Source of the DNA: Truepera sp.
GTDB lineage: Bacteria; Deinococcota; Deinococci; Deinococcales; Trueperaceae
DNA length: 64,000 nucleotides
Direction of reading: 5' to 3'
NCBI GenBank assembly: GCA_965218435.1
Contig: CBDCKW010000009.1
Location: forward strand, 3,072,001-3,136,000
Positions within the stretch are counted from its first letter, which is position 1, and every line of letters begins with the position of its first letter. The notes under the pieces are model-generated. The model worked only from the letters and a program-made list of their open reading frames with translations. It did no database searches and was not told the DNA's origin. Of this stretch, positions 19,774 through 30,527 are shown piece by piece. Position numbers and translations under genes: made by a program.

Positions 19774-20367
19774 TTACGCATTTCTAGTAGTAGCAGGTAA
19801 AAGTGCCTGAATTTGGGTCATCAGAGTTTGGGTCAGGGTGCGCATCTCGGCTTTTGATTTATCTTTTGGGTAAAACGGCTCGCCGAAGCGTACCCGGAGC
19901 CTTCCCCCCTCTTGCCAGATCGCCACGGGTTGCAGCGGCACCCCGGCGCGTTGGGCTAAAAACGCTGCCCCGTCTAGTGCCGCCGCGTCCCCGGCGTTGC
20001 GTGTCCCTTGGGGAAAGATACCGACGGCCAGACCGCTTTTAAGAAACCGCAAGGCTTCTTTGATCCCTTTGGTATCGCCTTTACTCCGGTCAATGGGAAA
20101 CGCCATCAGGTGTTCGCAAATCCACCTAAGCGGCTGCGTCTCGAAGAGTTCGCGTTTGGCCATAAAGTGAATTTCACGGGGAACGAGTGACCCGATTAGC
20201 GGGGGATCAAAGTTCGAAGCGTGGTTGCTCGCTACGATCAGGCCGCGCGTTTCTGAGGTGGGAACGAGTTCTAAGCCTTCGACCTTGAGCCGCCGAAAGA
20301 GCCGCGCGTAGTTTCTAACTAAATACGAAGCCAGATAGTAAAACCAGAGCCGCCGAAAGTCTTTCAT
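19774..20367 (-). CDS. plsC: 1-acyl-sn-glycerol-3-phosphate acyltransferase
   Basis: NHASNFDP, FMAKRELF, IFPQGTR. Confidence 0.9.
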   Translation of the reverse strand: MKDFRRLWFYYLASYLVRNYARLFRRLKVEGLELVPTSETRGLIVASNHASNFDPPLIGSLVPREIHFMAKRELFETQPLRWICEHLMAFPIDRSKGDTKGIKEALRFLKSGLAVGIFPQGTRNAGDAAALDGAAFLAQRAGVPLQPVAIWQEGGRLRVRFGEPFYPKDKSKAEMRTLTQTLMTQIQALLPATTRNA

Positions 20368-20371
20368 CTTG

Positions 20372-20899
20372 CTACACGCGGGGTTGGCGTTTACGAGGCG
20401 CTGAGCTGCGCGTCAAGGTAAGTGCTGCCAAAGTCCCGACAAAAGCTGCGAGTGTATGAAGACCCAACCACACCGGGACCGACGGGCTCCACGGCAGTGA
20501 CACGGCAAATAGAGAACGCTGCGACAGCCCCCAGACGATCAGCTGCGGGAGGACGTAAAGGAGCGGCGAGACGAATAGGGCACCTTTACGCCACGCGTAA
20601 TCGAGTCCTAAAAAGGCCAGCAGCCCCGACGTGAGCACCAGCGGTAACATGATCAGCCAGTCCTCGCCCCCGGTCAAGAGGCCCGCGACCGGCGCGAGCA
20701 GCGCCGCAGCAAAGGCAAATGGCAAGCCCGCATAGGCAAAGGCGGCGTAGCTGCACAAGACGATCCCCAAGCTGCGTACCAGCAGCGGGAGCGGCGCAAC
20801 CGCGACCACGACTGCCAGCAAGAAAAAGAACGCGCCGAGGATCAAAAAAGACGCCGTGCTCCGTGACGTGCGTGATTGACTGCGTGAGGTTCGGGTCAT
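20372..20899 (-). CDS. Hypothetical membrane protein
   Basis: Hydrophobic 175 aa; ATGA overlap with the uvrA stop. Confidence 0.8.
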   Translation of the reverse strand: MTRTSRSQSRTSRSTASFLILGAFFFLLAVVVAVAPLPLLVRSLGIVLCSYAAFAYAGLPFAFAAALLAPVAGLLTGGEDWLIMLPLVLTSGLLAFLGLDYAWRKGALFVSPLLYVLPQLIVWGLSQRSLFAVSLPWSPSVPVWLGLHTLAAFVGTLAALTLTRSSAPRKRQPRV

Positions 20900-23760
20900 G
20901 CCGGGGCCAGTTCGGGTAGACGTTCTCTAATTTCAGGGATGAGCCGCAGATACTCGCCGGTTGACGAGGTAGGGTGCGCCGCGACGGTTTCGGGTGTCCC
21001 TTCAGCGACGACGGTGCCGCCCCTCGAGCCCCCGTCCGGGCCTAAGTCAATAAGCCAGTCCGCCGTTTTAATCACGTCCATATTGTGCTCGATGACGATC
21101 AGGGTGTTGCCCCCTTCGACGAGCCGCTGCAATACGCCTAACAGCCTATGCACGTCGGCAAAGTGGAGGCCGGTAGTGGGTTCGTCCAAAATGTAGAGCG
21201 TTTTACCGGTGCTGCGTTTGCCGAGTTCCGAGGCGAGTTTAACGCGCTGCGCCTCACCGCCCGAGAGCGTCGGCGAAGGTTGTCCGATTTTGATATAACC
21301 CAAGCCTACATCTTGCATCAGCTGCAGTTTACGCGCGATGTTCGGAATATTCTCAAAAAAGCCGACCCCTTCGTCTACGGTCATCGCTAAAACCTCAGCG
21401 ATAGACTTGCCGCGAATTTTGACCTCCAAGGTTTCGCGGTTGTACCGCGCACCCTTACAGACCTCGCATGGCACGTAGATGTCAGGCAAAAAGTACATCT
21501 CGACTTTGACGGTGCCGTCGCCCTTACACGCTTCGCAGCGCCCGCCTTTAACGTTAAACGAAAAGCGTCCGGCTTTGTAGCCGCGTTTACGCGCTTCGGG
21601 CGCACGGGTATAGAGGTCACGAATTTCGGTGAAGATGCCCGTATACGTCGCCGGGTTGCTCCTTGGGGTGCGTCCGATAGGGCCTTGGTCAATCTCGATG
21701 ACCTTATCAATGTTCTCGGTACCCTGAATCGCTTTGTGTGCGCCCGGCACCTCTTTGGCGCGGTAAAGTTCTTTGGCTAAAGACGCGTGCAAGATGCGGT
21801 GAACCAACGTTGATTTGCCCGACCCCGACGCCCCGGTGATACAGGTGAGCGTCCCCAGCGGAAGCTCGACGCTGACATTTTGCAAGTTGTGTTCGGTGGC
21901 ACCTAAAATCTTGATCTTTTTGCCGCTGCCGCCGCGCCGCTTTTTAGGGACCGCGATCTTTTTTTCACCGCGCAAATAGGCCGCAGTAATTGAATTGGGA
22001 TCACTCATCACGGCGTCGGGTGTGCCTTCGGCGATGATTTCACCGCCGTGAATCCCGGCTCCCGGCCCCAGGTCAACGAGGTAGTCGGCGGCCCGCATCG
22101 TCTCTTCATCGTGTTCAACGACGATCAGGGTATTACCGAGGTCGCGTAGGCGCAAAAGCGTCAGCAGGAGCCGCGCGTTGTCGCGGGGGTGCAGGCCGAT
22201 CGACGGTTCATCCAAGACGTATAGCACGCCGGTCAACCCGCTCCCGACCTGGGTGGCCAACCGGATACGCTGCGCTTCACCGCCCGAAAGCGTGTTCGCA
22301 CTCCGGTCGAGCGTTAGGTAGTCGAGCCCGACGTTTTCCAAAAAGCCCAGCCGCGCCCCGACCTCACGCATAATCGGTGCGGCAATCGCGCCGCCCGGTT
22401 CGGGCAAACTCAGCGCGGCAAAGAACGCTTCGGCTTCCAAAACCGTCATGCCGGAGAGCTCGGCGATATTGCGCCCCTCGACCGTAACGGACAAGATTTC
22501 GGGTTTGTAGCGGGTGCCGTGGCACTTCGGGCAAGGGACTAAAGACATATACGCCTCGAGCTTTTCCCGCGCGTAATCGGTCGTTGCCTCACGCAACCGC
22601 CGCTCGAGGTTGGGCACGATGCCTTCAAATTCGACGTTAAAGCGCATCGTCTCGCGGTCGCCGCGTTTATAGACGACTTCAATCGGGTCTTTGCTGCCGT
22701 ACAGCAGCGTCTTTTGCACCCTGTCGGGTAGCTCGTGCCAAGGGGTACGCAGGTCAAAGTCTAAATGGTCAGCGAGCGCCTTGAGCCGGTCCCAATAAAA
22801 GACCTTCGATTCATCACTCCGCCCCTGACTCCACGGCGCAATCGCGCCCTGACTGATAGACAACTCATCATCTGGAATCAAGAGGCTCGGATCAAATTCG
22901 GAACGTGAACCGAGGCCGGTGCAGTGCGGGCACGCACCGTAGGGCGAGTTAAACGAAAAAGCGCGGGGCTCGAGCTCCTCTAACACCGTCCCGTGTTCAG
23001 GACAGGCAAAACGTTCGCTAAAGAGTTCTTCTTGGTTTTTGTCGGGCAAAAAGACGCGCATCAGTCCTTCGCCTTTTTGGAGGGCCAACTCGACCGATTC
23101 AGCCATCCTCGAGCGGTCCTCGGCGCTCACCTTAAGGCGGTCTACCACGATGTCAATATCGTGCTTCTCATACTTTTCCAAGGTCAGCTTGAGCGCTTCA
23201 TCGAGGGTTTGCACCTCGCCGTCCACCCGGACGCGGGCAAAGCCCTCTTTTTTAAGCCCCTCAAAAAGTTTTTTGTACTCACCTTTACGCCCCCGAACGA
23301 GCGGCGCGATAACGAGCGCCCGCTGGTCAGCAAACTTTTCGATCATCCGGTCAACGATTTCAGTCGCCGACTGCCGCTCGATCACGCGGCCGCAAATCGG
23401 GCAATGCGGCGTTCCGGCGCGGGCGAAGAGCAGTCGCAAATAGTCGTGGATTTCAGTGACGGTTCCAACCGTCGAGCGCGGGTTATGCGAGGTGGTCTTT
23501 TGGTCAATGCTGATGGCGGGTGACAAGCCCTCGATGCTGTCAACGTCGGGTTTATCCATCAGTCCTAAAAATTGCCGCGCGTAAGCCGACAAACTCTCAA
23601 CATAGCGGCGCTGCCCCTCAGCGTAAATCGTATCGAAGGCGAGCGTTGATTTGCCTGAGCCGGACACGCCGGTAAAGACGATAAAGCTGTCTCTGGGGAG
23701 AGTCGTCGAGACGTTTTTGAGGTTGTGTGCTCGAGCGCCGCGGATGACAAGGTTTTGCAA
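20896..23760 (-). CDS. uvrA: Excinuclease ABC subunit A
   Basis: Two ABC domains ([24 protein letters not shown]) and zinc fingers; start moved to TTG 23760 after SD aaggagg. Confidence 0.98.
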   Translation of the reverse strand: MQNLVIRGARAHNLKNVSTTLPRDSFIVFTGVSGSGKSTLAFDTIYAEGQRRYVESLSAYARQFLGLMDKPDVDSIEGLSPAISIDQKTTSHNPRSTVGTVTEIHDYLRLLFARAGTPHCPICGRVIERQSATEIVDRMIEKFADQRALVIAPLVRGRKGEYKKLFEGLKKEGFARVRVDGEVQTLDEALKLTLEKYEKHDIDIVVDRLKVSAEDRSRMAESVELALQKGEGLMRVFLPDKNQEELFSERFACPEHGTVLEELEPRAFSFNSPYGACPHCTGLGSRSEFDPSLLIPDDELSISQGAIAPWSQGRSDESKVFYWDRLKALADHLDFDLRTPWHELPDRVQKTLLYGSKDPIEVVYKRGDRETMRFNVEFEGIVPNLERRLREATTDYAREKLEAYMSLVPCPKCHGTRYKPEILSVTVEGRNIAELSGMTVLEAEAFFAALSLPEPGGAIAAPIMREVGARLGFLENVGLDYLTLDRSANTLSGGEAQRIRLATQVGSGLTGVLYVLDEPSIGLHPRDNARLLLTLLRLRDLGNTLIVVEHDEETMRAADYLVDLGPGAGIHGGEIIAEGTPDAVMSDPNSITAAYLRGEKKIAVPKKRRGGSGKKIKILGATEHNLQNVSVELPLGTLTCITGASGSGKSTLVHRILHASLAKELYRAKEVPGAHKAIQGTENIDKVIEIDQGPIGRTPRSNPATYTGIFTEIRDLYTRAPEARKRGYKAGRFSFNVKGGRCEACKGDGTVKVEMYFLPDIYVPCEVCKGARYNRETLEVKIRGKSIAEVLAMTVDEGVGFFENIPNIARKLQLMQDVGLGYIKIGQPSPTLSGGEAQRVKLASELGKRSTGKTLYILDEPTTGLHFADVHRLLGVLQRLVEGGNTLIVIEHNMDVIKTADWLIDLGPDGGSRGGTVVAEGTPETVAAHPTSSTGEYLRLIPEIRERLPELAPA

Positions 23761-24058
23761 CGTGCCTCCTTGGGGCAGGGCGCTGGGCCAACCCGCGCCT
23801 CGTAAAACCGAGCTGTGACGGGTCGTGCGCACCTGCTAAACAGTCGAGTATACCAAGCCTGCCCGCGTTAGGCGTAGCCTGCTTGTCAGTGCGTCACGAC
23901 CCCACGTTGACGATCCCACTAACTGAGGCGTGCGCCTGGCTGTTCGGCCTCAGACCATTGCTGTAGCCAGCACGCCACAGGCACACCAGACACGTCACTG
24001 TGAAATTTTGCAACTGCTGCGGCTTGCAAACGTCTCATGCTCTCTTTAGGGAGACGGG

Positions 24059-24319
24059 ATGATGGCCGGACATTTTAGAGTGTGGTGCAGCTTAGGACGC
24101 CACCGCTGGACTCTGCTACCTTCTAGGGCCAGGGCTTGTACGCGGTGCGGCCGAACCGAGATGATGTTTTACGACACTTGGGAGGTTGTCACACCCCGCG
24201 AAGCTTACGGCACGCTAAAAAACCGGACAGCCGGTACCCAACCTCCAGCCGGAGACAACGCACCAAAGGACGCTACATCTACCAACTCCCCCGGCACACG
24301 GCAATCACGACAATATTGA
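24059..24319 (+). CDS. Small Cys/His putative zinc-binding protein (DUF1660-like)
   Basis: WCSLGRHRW..ACTRCGR motif; SD agggag. Confidence 0.6.
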   Translation: MMAGHFRVWCSLGRHRWTLLPSRARACTRCGRTEMMFYDTWEVVTPREAYGTLKNRTAGTQPPAGDNAPKDATSTNSPGTRQSRQY

Positions 24320-24786
24320 GAGAAGTAGCTCTTTATGGTGTTTCGCTGAGTACACGACAATTTTTTAGCAACCTTATCCGGAACGTGCTTTGGTGCATAA
24401 GCTAGACAAGAAGATGTTTGTCCGCATGAGCATGACTCGGTAGATCGCCTTAAAGATCGTCCTAAACAGCAATCTAGGGGGACATGAACGCTACTTTTCA
24501 GAGGGCTCAATAGCCCATTCAGACTCGTAAAACTATTTTTTGTCGTGTACTAAGGGTGTTTCGAGTACATTCAGAAACCGTTCTAAACTCCGAGGCTGTT
24601 ATGGCTGCTGAGCGTACGTGTTACACAGCAGTGTTCAAATGTTTCAGCACTTCGGACTCGAGCTTGCCTGTAAGCTTCAACTACACCCAAAAAGATACTG
24701 CCGAAAGTGTAAAAAGCCGGACTGGGACGGATTTCTCAAGCGTTGACCAAACAGCTTGGGGGAATCTCCAAGGTTCACAGCACACC

Positions 24787-25836
24787 TTAGAGACCCTGAA
24801 AAGGGGGCTGATTGGTACGCCACGCCCCTAGCAGCGCCGCTTCACGTTCCCCGGTAAGGCCAGCTTTAAGCGGCGCGTCATCACGGGTTTGGTCCCAGGC
24901 AAAGGTGTCTTTAACAGTTTCAGAGAGTGGCCGAAACGTCAGCCCGTTTTGCAAAGCTCTACGTATGTCAAGGTCGTAAAACCCTTCCCACTCCGGCATC
25001 GCCGCTACCGGATGCCACGGCATCAGCTCTCCCGCCTCTAAACCGTGTGCCAGCAAAAAGTCGCTCCCGACCCAGATGAGTTCGGCGTTCGGACTAAGCA
25101 CGTCGCGGCAAGTCTCGAGTAGCGCCCCGAAACTCAGCGTAGTATCAGGGCCGGTCGCGTTCAACGTACCCGTGAGTTTGTCTTCAGTCGCTTGCAGCAG
25201 CCACGCGGCCAGGTCTCGAGCGTCAATAAATTGCACGTGCTGCTCAGGCTGACCCGGCGCGAGGACTTGAGTCCCGAGTCCCCTACCCGCCAAACCAACC
25301 CGCCTCACCCAGTAGGTCAAACGGTCGGTGTAGTCGTAAGGGCCGACGACCAACCCAGGACGCACAACTAGCGCGTTACGGAAAGCTCCAGTGACGACCT
25401 CTTCGCACTTCGCTTTAAGCGGGCCGTAAAGGTCACCGTCAACCGTGCCCGTGGCGGCGTACGTTGACTCGGCGGCAGCAGCATCTTCATCCGTAATGGT
25501 ACCGACCGGCGCGTCCTCCTCCGTGCCTGGGTGCGCAAAATCTTGGTAAACAGAAATCGTCGAAACGAAAGTGTAGTGTTCAGCCGCATCTCGGAGAAGT
25601 TCAGCGGTGCTTTCGACGGCTCCGGGCGTATAGGCGCTGACGTCAACTACCGCGTCCCACATTCTGCCCTCCAAGGCGCTTACGTCGCCGTAGCGGTCGC
25701 CGACCAACGTCTCTACCGGGAATTCGTTACCACGGCGGTTACGGTTGAATAAGCTGACCTCATGACCTGCTGTGAGCGCCGCTTCGGTTAAGTGTCTGCC
25801 GATAAACTGGGTGCCGCCGAGGATTAAGAGCTTCAT
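24787..25836 (-). CDS. NAD-dependent epimerase/isoflavone reductase-like SDR
   Basis: MKLLILGGTQFIG, YGPLK, VRPGLVVGP, QFIDARDLA. Confidence 0.92.
   Translation of the reverse strand: MKLLILGGTQFIGRHLTEAALTAGHEVSLFNRNRRGNEFPVETLVGDRYGDVSALEGRMWDAVVDVSAYTPGAVESTAELLRDAAEHYTFVSTISVYQDFAHPGTEEDAPVGTITDEDAAAAESTYAATGTVDGDLYGPLKAKCEEVVTGAFRNALVVRPGLVVGPYDYTDRLTYWVRRVGLAGRGLGTQVLAPGQPEQHVQFIDARDLAAWLLQATEDKLTGTLNATGPDTTLSFGALLETCRDVLSPNAELIWVGSDFLLAHGLEAGELMPWHPVAAMPEWEGFYDLDIRRALQNGLTFRPLSETVKDTFAWDQTRDDAPLKAGLTGEREAALLGAWRTNQPPFQGL
24804..24828. repeat. 25-bp dispersed repeat, copy 2
   Basis: ggggctgattggtacgccacgcccc; matches 412-436. Confidence 0.65.
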
Positions 25837-25991
25837 CTCGTCAGTATGGCACTCACCCAGGCTCAAAACGTACAAGTAGAAAAACCTTTGGCACTGAGGG
25901 TACTGAGGGCACTGGGGGATAGCGTTCCAAAGACTTATTGCCCACCGCTTGTTCTCACGACCTTATAGTGCAACAAGATGTAGGGTAAACC

Positions 25992-26644
25992 GTGCAACGA
26001 GTTGAGCCTTATACCTTGGCGACGCCGCAGACTAGGGCAGCTTTCGGCGCGAGCAGCGCCGTTCTCGCTGAGATTCAGGCTGCGCCCAACTTTGTTGCAG
26101 CGTTCCCGAATGCTCACGCGCGGCAGCGGGCGCTTCCGCACGTCTTCCGGCTGGTTGTGCAAGACGCGGGCGCATTCGGTGAAGTGACGGTGGTGCAGCA
26201 AGGTAACGAGGTTATTGGCGCAGCCGTGTGGTATTGGGGCAGGCCAAGCTGAGCTTCCGGCGGCAACTCCAGGCACTTCCCAGCCTGATAAAAACTTTTG
26301 CTGCTGCGCCTACAGCTTTCGTTCGTTTTGTAAGGCTCGGCAGTGAGTTGGAAAAAAGGCACCCGACTCAGCCTCATATCTACCTTTCAGCACTCGGCGT
26401 AAGTCCGGCTTGGCACGGCCAAGGCGTAGGTTCAGCACTCCTAAAAGGAGGAACAGCTCGAGCGGACGCACAGGGGCTACCTTGCTATCTGGAAACCTTT
26501 AGTGGGGCGAACGTCCGTTTTTACTGCCGACACGGATTTGATGTTTCAGGGCAAGGAGAAGGTCTTATCCCTGACGGACCACCCTTTTGGTTTATGACGC
26601 GGCCCCCAGGCGGTAAGGCTTTAGGCGACGAACTCGAGCTTTAA
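25992..26644 (+). pseudogene. GNAT acetyltransferase split by a frameshift near 26235
   Basis: First ORF ends IGAAVWY; second frame continues GQAKLS..HIYLSALGV..GQGVGSALL..CYLET. Confidence 0.8.
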
Positions 26645-27094
26645 CGACGTTTCATCCACCTCGCGCTCTTCCGAAGCGCAAATCAGCCGTGCGTCTACGC
26701 CGTAACGCGTCCGCATCATCATCACGACACTTTCAATCGGAGCCTGCGTGCGGGTTAAAAAGTCACCGTTTAAGTAGACCTCTTTGTCCATTAGCAGTTC
26801 GGGGGCCGCTAAACTAAACGAGTCGTTGAGCTGCTCGAGCGCCCCTTGCGCTCTGGCCACCACATCGCTCAGGTCACGGTGGAGTGAAAAAAACGAGATG
26901 ATGCGTTCACGCTCAATCTCGGTCATATATTTCGCCGAGTACGAACCGGTCAATTGATGCAACAACTTTTGGTACTGCGTCGGGGTAAGTTCTAGTTCGT
27001 CGCGGAGCGCGTGAATCGCCTGAAGCTGCGCTAAATAGTGTGGATAGTCTTGTTTGAGGCCACGGGGCGGGTGGTCTTGGAGGATCTGTTCCAT
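26621..27094 (-). CDS. Hypothetical protein with N-terminal GemA/Mu gp16 (DUF1018)-like domain
   Basis: QLQAIHALRDELELTPTQYQKLLHQLTGSYSAKYMT resembles the GemA pattern; leaderless TATACT-6nt-ATG. Confidence 0.65.
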   Translation of the reverse strand: MEQILQDHPPRGLKQDYPHYLAQLQAIHALRDELELTPTQYQKLLHQLTGSYSAKYMTEIERERIISFFSLHRDLSDVVARAQGALEQLNDSFSLAAPELLMDKEVYLNGDFLTRTQAPIESVVMMMRTRYGVDARLICASEEREVDETSLKLEFVA

Positions 27095-27113
27095 AGCAAA
27101 AGTATACCAGATA

Positions 27114-27134
27114 GTACCTTAATTGTTAAGGTAC
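27114..27134. promoter_or_regulatory. Perfect inverted repeat over the -35 box of the GemA-like gene
   Basis: GTACCTTAA-ttg-TTAAGGTAC; TTAACA-17-TATACT on the minus strand. Confidence 0.7.
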
Positions 27135-27272
27135 AAGCGACATTTCGACGCCCGGCTCAGGTCATGAATTTCTCCTTCAGCACAGGGTTTCTAGTTTTTT
27201 CACAGCAGGAAATCATAACGCTGCTCGAGCTTTTGTAACGCTGGGCTTCGTTATGGTAAACAGCAGCAAAGC

Positions 27273-27476
27273 CTACAGGTTCCGCTTCCTTTGTTCAGTG
27301 ATCTGCTCACCGGCGAGACCCCAATTGTCCGTATCAACTTCATCAATTACGACTACGGTCGTTGCCGGATTCTTGCCGAGAACCTCCTGGAGTAACCTGG
27401 TTGCCCCTTTGATAAGCTGAGCTTTTTGCGCTTTCGTCGCACCCTCGCGGGTGATCTTTATGTTTACATAAGGCAT
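27273..27476 (-). CDS. 4-oxalocrotonate tautomerase family protein
   Basis: N-terminal Pro (MPYVNIK), VVIDEVDTDNWG. Confidence 0.93.
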   Translation of the reverse strand: MPYVNIKITREGATKAQKAQLIKGATRLLQEVLGKNPATTVVVIDEVDTDNWGLAGEQITEQRKRNL

Positions 27477-27560
27477 CAAATCTCCTGATAAAGCGTTGTG
27501 ACAACGGCGAACGAACCTAACAGCCCAAGAAGTTGTCCGCCATTGTCTGCAACCTTGGGC

Positions 27561-30026
27561 TCAGCTGCCTTTACCAACCCGCTCCGTCCAGGTTTCTGAA
27601 AGCGTCAACTTCACATGGCTCCGAATATCATCCGACGACGCGCCGATTAAGACCCTAAACTCGCCCGCTTCGGCAACCCAAGCATTTTGCTGCTCATCGA
27701 AGTAAGCCAGCGCCCGCATGTTGAGGCTGAACTCAGCCGTTTTAGTTTCGCCAGGTTCTAACGCTACTTTTACAAATCCTTTTAACTCTTTTTCGGGGCG
27801 CTCCACGCTCGCTTCAGCGTCGCGCACGTAAAGCTGCACAACTTCTTGCCCCGCCCGGTCGCCACTATTGGTTATCGAAAGGCCGACTTTTACGGTTCCA
27901 CCTGCTGCAACTTCACCCGCTGAAAGCGTTATGTCACCATAGTCAAACGTCGTATACGACAAGCCAAAACCAAACGGAAAAAGCGGTTTGATCCCTTCAC
28001 GTTCAAAGTAGCGGTAGCCGATAAACACGTCTTCGCGGTAGAAAACCTGACCGTCTTCACCCGGATAGGTTGACGTATCGCCGTCCATCACCGGCGAGTC
28101 AGAAAGCTGCGCAGGAAACGTCTGCGGCAGTTTGCCCGACGGGTTGACGTTACCTAAAAGCACATCCGCCGCCGCATTACCGCACTCCTGACCGGGATAC
28201 CAGAGCTGAAGTGCGGCGGCTACGTCATCCAGCCACGGCATCGTCACCGGGGAGCCGGTTTGGAGCAGCACAATAGTATGGGGGTTGGCCGCTGCTACAC
28301 GGCTGACGAGTTCGTTTTGCTGCCCGACCAATTCCATATCGGCGCGGTCGTTGCCTTCGGTTTCCCACTCGCCGTTAAGCCCGACACAGACAATCGCCAC
28401 GTCCGAATCGGCAGCCAACGCCGCGGCGCGGTCTAGTGCGTCGTCCGGCAAAGGCTGAAACATCCCGACCCGAACGGCGGCCAGCTCGAGCCCCTCCGCT
28501 GCTTTAGGACCGTACTCGAGCCTCACTTCATGCGTTCCGGCGTCTAAATGGACGCTCTCCAACTTGACTTCACTGCCCGCGCCGAAAAAGAGGTCGCCCT
28601 GAGCCCAGTCGTTCCAGTTGTCTAGCAGCAGGTCATCATCTATAAAAAGACGGCTCAGCCCCGCACTGATGAGGTCAAACTCATGCTCGCCCGCCTCAGC
28701 TACCGTGATGGTTCCGGTCAACCGCGCTGAAAACCCAGACTCGACCCCATGCCCGACCGTATCGAGCCACATCAGCTGACCATCTGGGTTGGTCGCCTCG
28801 TGGACCACTTCGCCGGAAAGGTCAGGCGCGTTGAAATACTCGACCTTGAGCGGCCCGTCCAGCTGCTCACTCAGGAGCGGCAACCACTTGTGGTTGGTAC
28901 ACCCGAGTTCATAGCCGAGTTCTACCTTTTCCAACTCCTCTTTGAGGCCATCAAACGGTGAGACTCGGTAAAACGCGTTGACCTGGGCGCTCCCGCCCCC
29001 CATAATCTGTGCGACACGCGCGTTCGGCCCGATGATGGCAACCTTTTTAAGCGCACCTTTATCGAGCGGTAAGACGCCACGGTTTTTAAGCAAGACCGCG
29101 CCTTCGGCCCCAGCCCGCCGAATCAGCGCCCGGTGTTCGGGTTTGTCCTCAGCTTTTTCTTCGGGGATGTCGGGGGTTTCAAACGCGCCGACGCGCCGGA
29201 ACAGCTCCAAAAGCCGCTCGGCACTCTTCTCAACGGCTTCGGGGTCAGCTGAGCCGTTTTCAACCGCTTCTAAAAGCTTTTCACCCCGGAACTTCGCCGG
29301 GCCGGGCATCTCGAGGTCTAACCCTGCGTTGACCGACGGCGCAGTCGAGTGCGTCGCAAACCAGTCCGACATCACCAACCCGTCAAAGCCCCATTCATCC
29401 CGTAAAATCTCGGTTAAGAGCCGTTTATGTTCGCTCGTATACGTCCCGTTCAGTTTGTTGTACGAACACATCACCGCCCACACGCCCGCCCTGACCGCTG
29501 CCTCGAACGGCAGCAAGTAGAGCTCACGGAGCGCCCGTTCGGAAATCTCGGAGCTCATCGTCATCCGCTCGAACTCGGACTCGTTACCGACAAAGTGCTT
29601 GAGGGTCGCGCTTACGCCCCTACTCTGTAACCCAGTGACATACGCCACCCCGAGCCACGCCGTCAAAAAGGGGTCTTCGGAGTAGCACTCGAAGTTGCGC
29701 CCGTTGAGCACACCCCGGTGCAGATTGACCGTCGGAGCCAGCAAGACCTTCGCCCCTTTGGAGTGCGCTTCTTCTGCTAACGCCTGCCCGACCTCGCCTA
29801 TAAGCGCCGTATCCCACGTAGCTGCGAGCGCAATTCCTGCCGGAAAACACGCCGCTTTGACCCCGCCGACAAGCGCCCCGCCGCCCCGCGCTCCGTTCGG
29901 CCCGTCTGAAACCTTGACTGCCGGAACGCCTGCACGGGGCACCGGAACCGTAAGCCAAAATGACTCCCCTGCTAACAGTGAAACCTGTTCTTCTAAGCTG
30001 AGCGCCTCGAGTGCTGCTCTGTCCAT
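27561..30026 (-). CDS. GH3 beta-glucosidase with PA14 and Fn3-like domains
   Basis: SDGPNGARG, GRNFECYSEDP, KHFVGNE, VMSDW, FPFGFGLSYT. Confidence 0.95.
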   Translation of the reverse strand: MDRAALEALSLEEQVSLLAGESFWLTVPVPRAGVPAVKVSDGPNGARGGGALVGGVKAACFPAGIALAATWDTALIGEVGQALAEEAHSKGAKVLLAPTVNLHRGVLNGRNFECYSEDPFLTAWLGVAYVTGLQSRGVSATLKHFVGNESEFERMTMSSEISERALRELYLLPFEAAVRAGVWAVMCSYNKLNGTYTSEHKRLLTEILRDEWGFDGLVMSDWFATHSTAPSVNAGLDLEMPGPAKFRGEKLLEAVENGSADPEAVEKSAERLLELFRRVGAFETPDIPEEKAEDKPEHRALIRRAGAEGAVLLKNRGVLPLDKGALKKVAIIGPNARVAQIMGGGSAQVNAFYRVSPFDGLKEELEKVELGYELGCTNHKWLPLLSEQLDGPLKVEYFNAPDLSGEVVHEATNPDGQLMWLDTVGHGVESGFSARLTGTITVAEAGEHEFDLISAGLSRLFIDDDLLLDNWNDWAQGDLFFGAGSEVKLESVHLDAGTHEVRLEYGPKAAEGLELAAVRVGMFQPLPDDALDRAAALAADSDVAIVCVGLNGEWETEGNDRADMELVGQQNELVSRVAAANPHTIVLLQTGSPVTMPWLDDVAAALQLWYPGQECGNAAADVLLGNVNPSGKLPQTFPAQLSDSPVMDGDTSTYPGEDGQVFYREDVFIGYRYFEREGIKPLFPFGFGLSYTTFDYGDITLSAGEVAAGGTVKVGLSITNSGDRAGQEVVQLYVRDAEASVERPEKELKGFVKVALEPGETKTAEFSLNMRALAYFDEQQNAWVAEAGEFRVLIGASSDDIRSHVKLTLSETWTERVGKGS

Positions 30027-30165
30027 CTCTACCTCTTTCTAGCTTTTTTATACGCGCTGCTGCGCCGTGCTGAGACCATTTTACGGGGTAGAAAGGGCAA
30101 TGAGAAAACAGCCTCGGTCTTGGGCACAACTAAGAATGACAGACGCCTTTCAGCACAAGCGTTTA

Positions 30166-30216
30166 TGTAACATTATTTGACACGCAAGCAGGTTTCGGTT
30201 ATGCTCGCTGTAACAT
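30166..30216 (+). promoter_or_regulatory. Sigma70 promoter flanked by two TGTAACAT boxes
   Basis: TTGACA(30177)-17-TATGCT(30200); TGTAACAT at 30166-30173 and 30209-30216. Confidence 0.65.
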
Positions 30217-30223
30217 ATGGTTG

Positions 30224-30460
30224 ATGACACCGGTTTACTTTCCCGAGAGATTCAGAGGGCTTTCCGCAGCTCAGCGGCTCGTCTGGTTTTATATCCGCGA
30301 TTCGGGTGCAGCAAAGTACAGCTCGAGGTCACTCGCCCAAGCCTTGGAACTCAGCCCACATACCGCAGCAACCGCACTAAGAGTGCTCAAAGCGCGAGCG
30401 TTACTCTACGAATTGACCCCTGCCAGCGGACAACGCAGCGCGACCCTCAAGGCACGTTAA
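30224..30460 (+). CDS. Small winged-HTH protein
   Basis: LSAAQRLVWFYI..YSSRSLAQALELSPHTAATALRVLKARALL. Confidence 0.7.
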   Translation: MTPVYFPERFRGLSAAQRLVWFYIRDSGAAKYSSRSLAQALELSPHTAATALRVLKARALLYELTPASGQRSATLKAR

Positions 30461-30527
30461 CGAATAAGAACGCCCTCTATGGCATCTTTCAAAAAAGGCT
30501 TCATAAAGCTGACAAATTGATCAATAA

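Noticed and set aside
23860..23885. DdrO-binding RDRM upstream of uvrA (also checked at ddrH and mutM)
   Set aside because: Only a weak half-site resemblance; cannot be supported without a PWM scan.
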